Positions 49,937 to 58,509 of a stretch of 64,000 nt of DNA are shown in pieces. Origin of the DNA: Candidatus Omnitrophota bacterium (GTDB lineage: Bacteria; Omnitrophota; Gorgyraeia; Zapsychrales; JANLHA01). The position numbers and the translations under genes were made by a program. The stretch lies in assembly GCA_029560465.1 (NCBI GenBank), contig JAKQKX010000045.1, positions 88,260 to 152,259 on the forward strand. The letters are read 5' to 3'. The first letter of the stretch is position 1. Each line of letters opens with the position of its first letter. Below the pieces are notes generated by a model. That model did not search any database, was not told the DNA's origin, and saw nothing but the letters and a program-made list of their open reading frames with translations.

Positions 49937-50488
49937 TCAAGACAAAAAACGGCGCTTCACGGTTGGATGGGAAAAATAAAAAAGCATGAACACGGCAAAA
50001 AGGATGTCTAATCCAACGTAAAAAACATACCCAATCCACGGGTCAATAACAAGACCCCCCGGGAAACGCTGTTCCGTCAGTTCAGCAAGATTGATAAAAA
50101 CGGTTATCGGATGTTTCCACGGGAATCCGACTAACAAAAGAAGCCCCAGGCACAACGTCCATCGGCGCGCCCAGCTTTTCATTTGCAACAGCCCCACGCC
50201 CAAAAACACAACACACCCCCGGGATACCAGAGAAAGGCAATACCGGGCCAGGATGGAAGGATACGGGAGCTGATGAAACATAAAGTAATAATAAGGGAAA
50301 TCCCGGTAGCCCAAGATCTGGTCAATGGATAACGCTATCAATAATACGCCGAATACAGTGACCCCCCGGGGGCGCACAATCTTTTTCCCTCTCCCCAGTC
50401 CCAAGGCCAAAAGATAAGCCCCGAGGACAATCAAGATAAAATTAACGAACCGATCAAGCAAAGAGAACGCGAATGAATCATCCATCAT
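49937..50488 (-). CDS. Hypothetical polytopic membrane protein (about 5 TM helices)
   Basis: Hydrophobic helices throughout. No recognisable motif. Confidence 0.5.
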   Translation of the reverse strand: MMDDSFAFSLLDRFVNFILIVLGAYLLALGLGRGKKIVRPRGVTVFGVLLIALSIDQILGYRDFPYYYFMFHQLPYPSILARYCLSLVSRGCVVFLGVGLLQMKSWARRWTLCLGLLLLVGFPWKHPITVFINLAELTEQRFPGGLVIDPWIGYVFYVGLDILFAVFMLFYFSHPTVKRRFLS

Positions 50489-50614
50489 AAAAGCCCCTTC
50501 AGGCTCAAACCATGAACGGCGGGCACATCATCATAGTCAATACGCAGCGACTCGACTTTAATCATAACAAATTACCGAAGTGTTCCCCAGGAGCGCAGTA
50601 AAGCATGTCATCTT

Positions 50615-51277
50615 TTATTTAAACCGTTCCGACAAAAGCGTCTCCAGGTCATCCAATCTCCCTTCTATAATATCTCCGTCTCGCAGACAACAGGCTGACG
50701 CCAAAAAACGTTTTTTAAAGTCTTGACCAAGGATTTTTTCCGGGAGCAAGAAATCCCCATGACAATCAATATCAAAATACAAGTTTTCTCCATCCGCATT
50801 GAAAATTTCAATAAGCTCAAAATCCGAATTCGGGAAGCCGGCATGATCAGAATAACCCGGCCCGCTTAAAAATAAAATCTTATCCTCGGCGATCTCGAAA
50901 AAATACTCCGCCCCCTCATCTCGAATTCCTGGCAGCGTCACCAAACGCGCGCATTGACAGTGCGTCATCTTGACCTGCCCCGTCTCTAGGGCCCTTTGTA
51001 ACTCAAGGACGCGATTGATATGCTCTCTGGTGTTGCTAAAATATACCCACAAAAAAATGCCGATGTACAAACCGACGGCGCCAAAAGCCCAATACCCCAA
51101 AACAGGATTTTTCTGCGCCTGTAAAATAGCCAACATCACGCCAAGGACCAATCCGCATAAAACCAGAAGAAGGATCAAACGGAAAAACCGGTCCTTCTGT
51201 TTTAACAAATAGGTCATTTCGCCAGAAAGGGCCTGTCTCTCCCTCTCCTGTAGCGATCTTGAGTAAGAATGGATCAT
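50615..51277 (-). CDS. Hypothetical membrane protein (2 TM helices plus a ~120-aa soluble C-terminal domain)
   Basis: TM helices LILLLVLCGLVLGVMLAIL and AFGAVGLYIGIFLWVYF. The C-terminal domain has no recognisable motif. Confidence 0.5.
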   Translation of the reverse strand: MIHSYSRSLQERERQALSGEMTYLLKQKDRFFRLILLLVLCGLVLGVMLAILQAQKNPVLGYWAFGAVGLYIGIFLWVYFSNTREHINRVLELQRALETGQVKMTHCQCARLVTLPGIRDEGAEYFFEIAEDKILFLSGPGYSDHAGFPNSDFELIEIFNADGENLYFDIDCHGDFLLPEKILGQDFKKRFLASACCLRDGDIIEGRLDDLETLLSERFK

Positions 51278-51495
51278 AAAAGTGTCACGCCCTTATTTCA
51301 AGCTCGGCCATCCTTGAGCGCCAAGCAACCCTGGCGGCCCGGACTCCTAAACGCATAATAATTCTATTCTAACTTTTTTAACAATAAAAACAAGATTATT
51401 ATAGTGGCGGGAAAGCTAAGACCCCGTTGGAAACGGGACCTTAGCCTCACGAGGGGCAGAAAGGAAGATACTTGGCGTTATAAAAGACCCGCATC

Positions 51496-51533
51496 AAAAA
51501 AAGAAAAGGGTGAGCCCGAAGCTCACCCTTTTT
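51496..51533 (-). terminator. Rho-independent terminator downstream of the giant GT35-like gene
   Basis: GGGTGAGC-CCGAA-GCTCACCC is followed on the minus strand by TTTTCTTTTTTT, and on the plus strand by TTTTT. Confidence 0.65.
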
Positions 51534-51574
51534 GGCACTCCCTGGAAAATCAGGGTTCCCTCTATTCAGAAAAT

Positions 51575-54500
51575 TTATTCAAGCCAAAAGATATCCTGCT
51601 TCCCATCGTTAGCCCCCAACGAGGACAATTGATCATCGGTTGGGCTCCCCGCATCCTCCTTCGGGGCATCCCCTAACAAAAACGGCAAATTCGTGACCGG
51701 AGTGACGTTGATAATTAACGGGACAAACCCTTCAATATGCAACAGCGGCATCGGCTGCTGGGGTAACGGCAGAGGAACGCCGGCCCCGTCTCTTTTGACC
51801 TGTAAATCTAATAGACTCAGGTTCAAATTGATACCACCTATATTCTGCTGCCCTGTTAAAGGAGAGGAAAGAACGCCATCCCCGACCTTGCTCAAATCCC
51901 AAGCTCCGCCATCCTTCCTGACAGCGTTATATTCCGCTAGATATTGCTCTACCGAATCCTTATCGGTCAGGAACTTTTCCAGGAGATTTTCTCCCAAGAC
52001 GAGAGTATTCAATGGCGTCCAGACCTCTTTGATATAACCAGTTATTTCTTCCGTTGACAAGGCTTTCCCTTGCAATTCCGGATGCCATTTTAAAATACGG
52101 CGTAAAAGATCCACCAAGGTCATCTTGCCTCTTCTCATTTCAAATCCGCTCACCCCGGATCCTTCAACAATGCTCATCGTAAGCAAACCATATTCTTTGA
52201 CCATTCGTCCGATCTCGACCGTATCATGGGATATCCGAAACGATTTGAGCAGGAACTCTTCCCATTTCTTATTTTGCCCTTCCAGATAATCATTATATAA
52301 TTCCGCCGCCTCCGAGAGATACTGGGCCACCAATAACCGGCCTTTTTCCCGGAATTCTTCTCTCGCCTGACTAATAACATCCCCTTTCATGGGGTCAAAC
52401 CGAGCGATAAGCTCTTCCAAGGTTAACTCGGGAAACGCGTCCACAATCCACCCATTAACGCCGTGCATGATCTGCGCCTCAAACCCCGCGCGTATGGTCG
52501 CGATGACAGGCTTGCCATTGAAACCCGCCCTCTGCTGGGATGTCCCGGACGCTTCCCGGGTGGGGTCAGGCACGTTAATCCAGACATCCACAGCGCTCAC
52601 GACTTTACGCATAATCGGGACACCGGTGTCTTCCACATAAACAAGTTTCCCTTTAAAACGGGCATCCGCTTGCATCTTTTTAAACTCGGTGATCCAGCCC
52701 CGGCCCACTTCATCCTGTCCCTGGCCGCCAATCAGGAGATTGGCTCCCAAACCTTTGCCAAGGTGTTTCTCTTTATAAAAATAATCCACATTCCGATCCC
52801 CGGTAATCCACTCTATAAGCGGGATCAAAAGCCCAGCCTCCTTGTATTCCACTCCGCGGCGCAACAACCCGAACAGCATACGGTTCTGGTCGGTAAAAAC
52901 CGGGGAATTTTCCCCGTACTGTTTCCTTAAAAAATCGTTAATCGAAGTTTTTTCGGCCTGTCCCAGGTTAAAAAGATCTTCCCCTGTGACCCCGGCCAAA
53001 CCAGCGTCCGCGATCAGCTGGTTCAGGGCCTCCATACGCCACATTTGCGCATCAGAGCCGTTCTGGATATAAGTCATTTTCTCCTTAGCAGCTCCCGGCA
53101 ACAGCAGTTGCTGCGTCACGGTCTTATGCTCTTTCGACACAGTATTGGTTACCGCCGCATAGCGGGATAAAGCCTCCAGGGCGCTATAGTATTTGGACCC
53201 GTCCGGCCGGGTGGATAACATATCCTCCCGTGCGAGATCCCACCCGACCAACCATTTCAATTTTCCTATATCGTCCATAAACGGGACTGCCACCAATTCT
53301 GCGGTATGGCTTGTAAATTCAATCGCTGTCTTCTCAAATGTGCTTTTTTGGCCATTAAATAATTTTTGGTTACCGTTAATATGATCAATATCATTCTGCA
53401 TGGCACTGCGTACTAAAGCCACATGAGCCTCATTCAAACGGACCACGTCCGGCGCAAGATTCATGGCTTTCATGAATTCAACCGCGGCACGGGCAAAAAA
53501 ACCATATTCGATCCAACGGGCGTCACCCTGCGCGTAAAGATGATCGAGCAAAACGGTATTGGGTGCCCGCAACCCGATTTGTAACGTACCGTTATTATTC
53601 ACCCAGTAAGGATACACGGTATAATTAACTCCATCTGGTTCCGTAGTAATCCCTCTAAAATTAACATTAAAGGACATCGGACGGGGTTTCCCGTTTCGCC
53701 CGAAAATCATAATAGGGCTGATATCCTTTTGGTCGTCCCAATTAATAGCCTGGACGACTCCGTTGCGGACATAACGCTCATAAAGCGGAAACAGCGTCAG
53801 GCCGAAGAGCTTCATATCGGCAAGTTCCCGTTCAAACGTCGCGTTCAAAGCCCCTGTGGTTTCTCCATCCAGGAAGCCCAACCCACCGGCCCCGATGGCT
53901 TTCTGCGCGTACGGATCGTTCCCCTTTTGGGATAACTGCGGGATGATCGACTCTTCCGTCATGTTGACAACCACCGAAACCCCTGGCTCCTTGAGCTTGG
54001 AAAGAATTCTGTTCACGTCCTCATCCGCGAATTGCACCGGGATATCTCTCGGAGGACGGGCGTGCCGGAGATCCACGTCCTGAATCGCCGAAGAAACCGC
54101 CTGCGGCCCCACATCAACCAGTGAAACCTGAAAATTCATCGCGTTGTCCTGATCCGGAAGTTCAGAGCGCTGCTGGCCAGTAAGGGCCGAGCTCATAACA
54201 ATCCGCTCAACATCCGTGACACCCTGGACACCTCCGGAAAAATATTTCCGCGGGATAACGGTCTTGGCTTGCGGGTCGTAATCTTCTTTAATGAGGTTAT
54301 AGACCCCTTGTTTAAAAGCGTTGAGATATTGCTGATAAATTTTTTCTTTAACCCGCGGGTCATCCAGGTCTATGCCTCTCGTTTTATTCTGGTCGGCGTA
54401 CACCTGGGACAAAAGCGTCTGGCGAAGGTTGTCTTTATACCATTTGGCCAAAATCATCGCGTTATAAATCTGCCGCAGGTTGGCAAAATTCTTGCCGACA

Positions 54501-55351
54501 TTAACTTCCTTCTCCAATTCCGGAATAATAATTTCTTTAACAACCTGGGATGATACGTCATTGACTTTTTGGGTTTCAGCTTTACTGATAACCTGTTTAT
54601 TCTTAGGGTCAACCAAACTCTTCTGTAAAGCAAGGTAATCCTCTTCCAGCATGACTTTCAAATCCCGGGACACCACAAAAACGCTGCTGTCATGTTCATA
54701 CACCGCAGCTTTACGGGGCACGATCCAGACCTTATTAAATGTCTTAATGGGAATATTCGTTGTCCCCAGGTTCTCTCTGGCCAAACGATAGACTTTTTGC
54801 CAGAATTTCGCCCCCAACTCGCTTTCCGGATACCCAAGGGAAGCAGTAATCTGTTTGAGCATATAATCCTGGGCGAGCAAATCCCGCCCCATTTCTGTCT
54901 GCCCTAATCCTGAAGAAATCATGCGTTCCTGCTCATACGGCGACAAGTTGACCCAGATTTGATCTTCCGGAACCGTGAGGGATGCTAAAAAGTACCCTAT
55001 CATTTTTACTGTTTCTCTATATAACGCCTCGCCTGACAACCCGGAGTCCCCAGGGTCAACAATAAAATCAAAAAGTAAAGGATTATCCGCGTGGATGGTC
55101 AGGCCTTTGATCAAAGCTGGTTCAAAAGATTCGCTCGTTGTGATCAAAGTGCCGGGGGCCGGGAGATCTAAGATATCCTGCGGCGCTGGCTGCGCATATA
55201 AAAACGGAACGGGGATGGCAAATTGCAGAGTGATGATTGTGATTAAAACGGCTTTAAAAATACTTTGGAAGACACGAACGGACAACTTGGATAAGGTTTG
55301 GCGTTTCAATCTTAATCCTCCCTTTGAAAAATTAGTAAATATCAAGAACAA
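51575..55351 (-). CDS. Giant (1258 aa) signal-peptide protein with a central GT35-family alpha-glucan-phosphorylase-like domain. The PLP-binding lysine is replaced (EASGTSQQR where EASGTSGMK is expected), which makes it a probable pseudo-phosphorylase.
   Basis: N-terminal signal/TM FKAVLITIITLQFAIPVPFLYAQPA. GT35 motifs AGGLGFLDGE...LADMKLFGLTLFPLY (compare SGGLGVLAGD...DLGLPLVGVGLLY), APDVVRLNEAHVALV (compare PDVIHLNEGHAAF), and VDVWINVPDPTREASGTSQQRAGFNG...GVNGW (compare [26 protein letters not shown]...DGWW). Confidence 0.7.
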   Translation of the reverse strand: MFLIFTNFSKGGLRLKRQTLSKLSVRVFQSIFKAVLITIITLQFAIPVPFLYAQPAPQDILDLPAPGTLITTSESFEPALIKGLTIHADNPLLFDFIVDPGDSGLSGEALYRETVKMIGYFLASLTVPEDQIWVNLSPYEQERMISSGLGQTEMGRDLLAQDYMLKQITASLGYPESELGAKFWQKVYRLARENLGTTNIPIKTFNKVWIVPRKAAVYEHDSSVFVVSRDLKVMLEEDYLALQKSLVDPKNKQVISKAETQKVNDVSSQVVKEIIIPELEKEVNVGKNFANLRQIYNAMILAKWYKDNLRQTLLSQVYADQNKTRGIDLDDPRVKEKIYQQYLNAFKQGVYNLIKEDYDPQAKTVIPRKYFSGGVQGVTDVERIVMSSALTGQQRSELPDQDNAMNFQVSLVDVGPQAVSSAIQDVDLRHARPPRDIPVQFADEDVNRILSKLKEPGVSVVVNMTEESIIPQLSQKGNDPYAQKAIGAGGLGFLDGETTGALNATFERELADMKLFGLTLFPLYERYVRNGVVQAINWDDQKDISPIMIFGRNGKPRPMSFNVNFRGITTEPDGVNYTVYPYWVNNNGTLQIGLRAPNTVLLDHLYAQGDARWIEYGFFARAAVEFMKAMNLAPDVVRLNEAHVALVRSAMQNDIDHINGNQKLFNGQKSTFEKTAIEFTSHTAELVAVPFMDDIGKLKWLVGWDLAREDMLSTRPDGSKYYSALEALSRYAAVTNTVSKEHKTVTQQLLLPGAAKEKMTYIQNGSDAQMWRMEALNQLIADAGLAGVTGEDLFNLGQAEKTSINDFLRKQYGENSPVFTDQNRMLFGLLRRGVEYKEAGLLIPLIEWITGDRNVDYFYKEKHLGKGLGANLLIGGQGQDEVGRGWITEFKKMQADARFKGKLVYVEDTGVPIMRKVVSAVDVWINVPDPTREASGTSQQRAGFNGKPVIATIRAGFEAQIMHGVNGWIVDAFPELTLEELIARFDPMKGDVISQAREEFREKGRLLVAQYLSEAAELYNDYLEGQNKKWEEFLLKSFRISHDTVEIGRMVKEYGLLTMSIVEGSGVSGFEMRRGKMTLVDLLRRILKWHPELQGKALSTEEITGYIKEVWTPLNTLVLGENLLEKFLTDKDSVEQYLAEYNAVRKDGGAWDLSKVGDGVLSSPLTGQQNIGGINLNLSLLDLQVKRDGAGVPLPLPQQPMPLLHIEGFVPLIINVTPVTNLPFLLGDAPKEDAGSPTDDQLSSLGANDGKQDIFWLE

Positions 55352-55637
55352 TTAATTCTTATACTATGAGGGACTTTTTTGAAAGGGTGTCTTCAAAAGG
55401 CATAGGGTGAATGCCTTACAATAAATATATACTAACATATAGATTTTGACAAGTCTTATATCTTCGTTTTATCACTAAATAACTAATTGAAAATATTAAG
55501 CTTAAAAGAAATAATCCTATTTTTATCAATAATTTTTGGAAATTAAAGCTGAAAAGCGGGTTGCCCCTGGAACGACAGGAAAAAGACAGGACGAAACACG
55601 TAGGCTTATGCACGCTTAAAGGCTGCGACGGGTAAAA

Positions 55638-56372
55638 TCACATTCGTTTCTTAATACAATTTCTCCCCGCCTTTTTGGCATCGTACAAAGCTTCGTCGGT
55701 CAATTTAAGCAACTTATTCACATTATCAACTTGACCTTCATTGGAAGAGAGGCCAAAACTGGCGGTGACATGAATTTTGTTGTCTTTGTAGAAAAACGGG
55801 GTGTTCTCAATAATATGTTTCAACTTCCCGGCCAAAACTTCGGCGTTATTCAGGCTGGTGTGCATACACACGATCAGGAATTCTTCCCCGCCGAAGCGGC
55901 CGAAATAATCCGTCCGGCGGATGTTGTTCAAAATTTTCCAGGAAAAATTCTTTAACACATAGTCCCCTGCGTCATGCCCGTATTTATCGTTGATTTTCTT
56001 AAAATGGTCCAGGTCAATCAAAATCAGGGAAAACGGGAATTTGTAACGCTGCCCGGACACAAAGGCATTTTCCAAGAGCTCGATAATATACCTCCGGTTA
56101 AAAATTTCCGTCAGAAAATCCGTGCGGCTGGCTTTCTCAAGAAGGTCACGGGTGATCCTTAATTCATCAATGAGATTCAGCAAATAAATTGTAATCACCG
56201 GGGTCAGGACAATCGGGGCGACGATGGAGATATACACCGCCGCCCTAAAATCGACACGGTCCAGCCTAAAAACGATAAAAATAACCGTTGTGAACAAAAC
56301 CGAGATGAGGACACAGATCACGGTAATGAGAAACGACTGCACCAGGGTTAATTGATTACGCTTTAATATCAT
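55638..56372 (-). CDS. Membrane-anchored diguanylate cyclase (GGDEF domain with intact A- and I-sites)
   Basis: Two N-terminal TM helices, the RRTD I-site, and the GGEEF active-site motif (RFGGEEFLIV). Confidence 0.85.
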   Translation of the reverse strand: MILKRNQLTLVQSFLITVICVLISVLFTTVIFIVFRLDRVDFRAAVYISIVAPIVLTPVITIYLLNLIDELRITRDLLEKASRTDFLTEIFNRRYIIELLENAFVSGQRYKFPFSLILIDLDHFKKINDKYGHDAGDYVLKNFSWKILNNIRRTDYFGRFGGEEFLIVCMHTSLNNAEVLAGKLKHIIENTPFFYKDNKIHVTASFGLSSNEGQVDNVNKLLKLTDEALYDAKKAGRNCIKKRM

Positions 56373-56549
56373 GGACGTCGCTATGGCCCTTTTCTCCGGG
56401 ATTCCTTCCCACAGAATAAATTCAACTAAATCAATAGTATAACGTTACAAAAAAAAAGTCTACGAAGTTATCACTTTTCTTGTGAACAGGACTGCGCCCG
56501 GGGAAGGAACGGCGCGCTTTTCTTGCCCTAAGTTCCGCGCCTTCACTCA

Positions 56550-57156
56550 TTATGTCATCGTGGCATCCAGCCTCTGATAACACAGCAAGGCCAGCCCATA
56601 AATCCCCGCCGCTAAAAATAGAACCACGGTAAATCCGGAAAATTGGGCGATACGGTGACCCGTAATGCAAAGCCCAACCCAGACGCTCCTGTTTCTAAAA
56701 TCAGCCGTGTACCGGGCGAAATAATTCATCGGGTGCTTATTGGCCTTAGCCCACACATCACCGGGATAAACCGGGTCAGTCTGATGTTTCCTGAAATAAT
56801 CCAGAATCCGGGTCCGTTCCGCCGGGCTGAAAGGCGTTTTCTTGATCAGCATCAGCCGACCATGTCGCATGATCCCCGATGATAATATGCTCCCACGGGC
56901 GCGCCCCGGGGATCCACTCCCACCCTTTATTCTTGTCAATGGTGTAGCTCTTAATCTCCGGCATTTTTGTCAAAACAAACGGCAGGATCATCAGAATGGT
57001 GATAAAAAAGGCACTAACTTTTTTCTTGGGCACAAGGACCGTCACCCCGGATAAAAAGCACATGACACATAGAAACACGAGCGAGCGGGTGACTTCTAAA
57101 AAATTAATCAGGGGGAAAAAATAAAAAGGCGCCCAACCCCGCGCCCAGAAGGTCAA
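56550..57156 (-). pseudogene. Membrane-protein gene that appears split into two reading frames (56776..57156 and 56550..56939). Both frames stay open over the 164-nt overlap. This is either a +1 frameshift or two heavily overlapping genes.
   Basis: Frame A: TM helices ...KGWEWIPGARPWEHIIIGDHATWSAD...stop. Frame B continues ...MRHGRLMLIKKTPFSPAERTRILDYF...VWVGLCITGHRIAQFSGFTVVLFLAAGIYGLALLCY. The B-frame begins with TTG. Confidence 0.3.
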
Positions 57157-57210
57157 AAAAATAAATTCTGGAAGACCGCGCGGGAATGTTCGCCCCGATG
57201 CGGAACACTC

Positions 57211-57849
57211 TTAATAAATGCCTTCAAAGCCTTCCGGCAGAATGCTCCATTTTTTATCATAAACATGGACGCGTTGGGTCGGCCCGGATTTATCAACGAT
57301 CGGCTGCCCCTGATGGACCCACATCAAAAGACCGCCAACCAGGTTATAAGCCCGGGAACCCTCTTTTTCAAACCGCTTCGTCGCGATCCCCCCGCGTTTT
57401 CCAACAGTGGAATAAACAATCACAGCATAATCTGTATACTTGGCTTTCTGGCGTTTAAATGTTTCCGTGTCGACCGACAACGGGATGGCAGAAACCTCCC
57501 GTTCCTTATCGTCCCGCACATCGACAAGCACGGTTTTTTTGCTGCGAAGCATCTGAAGCGCTTCATCCACCGTCAATTCGTTCACGTTACGGAAAAAAAG
57601 TTTTTTATACCCTTCATATAGGCCTAAAATTTCATCCCTCCGGATTTCCGCCGGGGTCCGGGAATCTTCCCGCTCATAAAAAACATACGCCTGGACAGAC
57701 ACCGGCAACGCCATCCACGCCAACACAACGGCCAGGAACAACCCAACGATGCCCCCCGTTCGAACCATCCCGGGGAAACCCGCGGCATTTCCGCAGGGAT
57801 TGTCCCCCCCCTGATGCAAAATTCTGGATAAAAAAATTAATCCTCTCAT
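57211..57849 (-). CDS. Membrane-anchored or exported rhodanese-like domain protein lacking the catalytic cysteine
   Basis: Hydrophobic N-terminus GIVGLFLAVVLAWMALPVSVQA. Rhodanese fold VLVDVRDDKERE...IVYSTVGKRGG...LVGGLLMW. It has S where the CxxGxR Cys would be. Confidence 0.62.
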   Translation of the reverse strand: MRGLIFLSRILHQGGDNPCGNAAGFPGMVRTGGIVGLFLAVVLAWMALPVSVQAYVFYEREDSRTPAEIRRDEILGLYEGYKKLFFRNVNELTVDEALQMLRSKKTVLVDVRDDKEREVSAIPLSVDTETFKRQKAKYTDYAVIVYSTVGKRGGIATKRFEKEGSRAYNLVGGLLMWVHQGQPIVDKSGPTQRVHVYDKKWSILPEGFEGIY

Positions 57850-57916
57850 GGCCTCGTTCCCTCCTTGTTGTAATTACCTCCCCGCAGGAAACCTTTTCAG
57901 CGAAAATGCCAGGATA

Positions 57917-58507
57917 TTATTTTCCTTTACGTTTCCCATTAAATAATTTCCTCGTATGATTTTCCGGAATCGGGAAAACCCCCTCGCTCACGGATTTAAC
58001 ATCCTCCACAGAATAAAAAGCCCGGGGATTAAACTGATGAATAATATCAATAACGGTTCTGTGATCCTTCCGGCTGATAATGGTGTAGATAATATTAACC
58101 TTTCCTGTCGTGCCCTGGGCATCAACACTGGTCACGCCGTAGCCCCTGGTTTTAAGGAATTCGACCAGTTCGGTCCCGTCTTTTTTGGTGATGACCCGCA
58201 CGACCTCCAATCCCATGGCCAGCTTTTCCTCCAGGATAATCCCGACAAAATTCCCCATGGCAAACCCCCCGGCAAAGGCAAAATAACAGGCGATATTCGT
58301 CAGATGGTTAAAGATCTGCCGGATCGCCAAAAGCCAAATCAGCACTTCAAAAAAAGCCAGGACCGGCGCCAGAAATTTCTTGTCCCGGGATAAAAGCATG
58401 ATGCGGATCGTTCCGATGGAAACATCCATGATGCGGGCCAAAAAGATCAAAAGAGGAAGGATCCCCCATGTAAAGACCGGAGAATCCAAGAAAGAACTCA
58501 TCGGCAT
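57917..58507 (-). CDS. DUF2179 (YitT-type) family membrane protein
   Basis: N-terminal TM helices and a C-terminal DUF2179-like soluble domain (VVRVITKKDGTELVEFLKTRGYGVTSVDAQGTTGKVNIIYTIISRKD). Confidence 0.6.
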   Translation of the reverse strand: MPMSSFLDSPVFTWGILPLLIFLARIMDVSIGTIRIMLLSRDKKFLAPVLAFFEVLIWLLAIRQIFNHLTNIACYFAFAGGFAMGNFVGIILEEKLAMGLEVVRVITKKDGTELVEFLKTRGYGVTSVDAQGTTGKVNIIYTIISRKDHRTVIDIIHQFNPRAFYSVEDVKSVSEGVFPIPENHTRKLFNGKRKGK

Positions 58508-58509
58508 GT

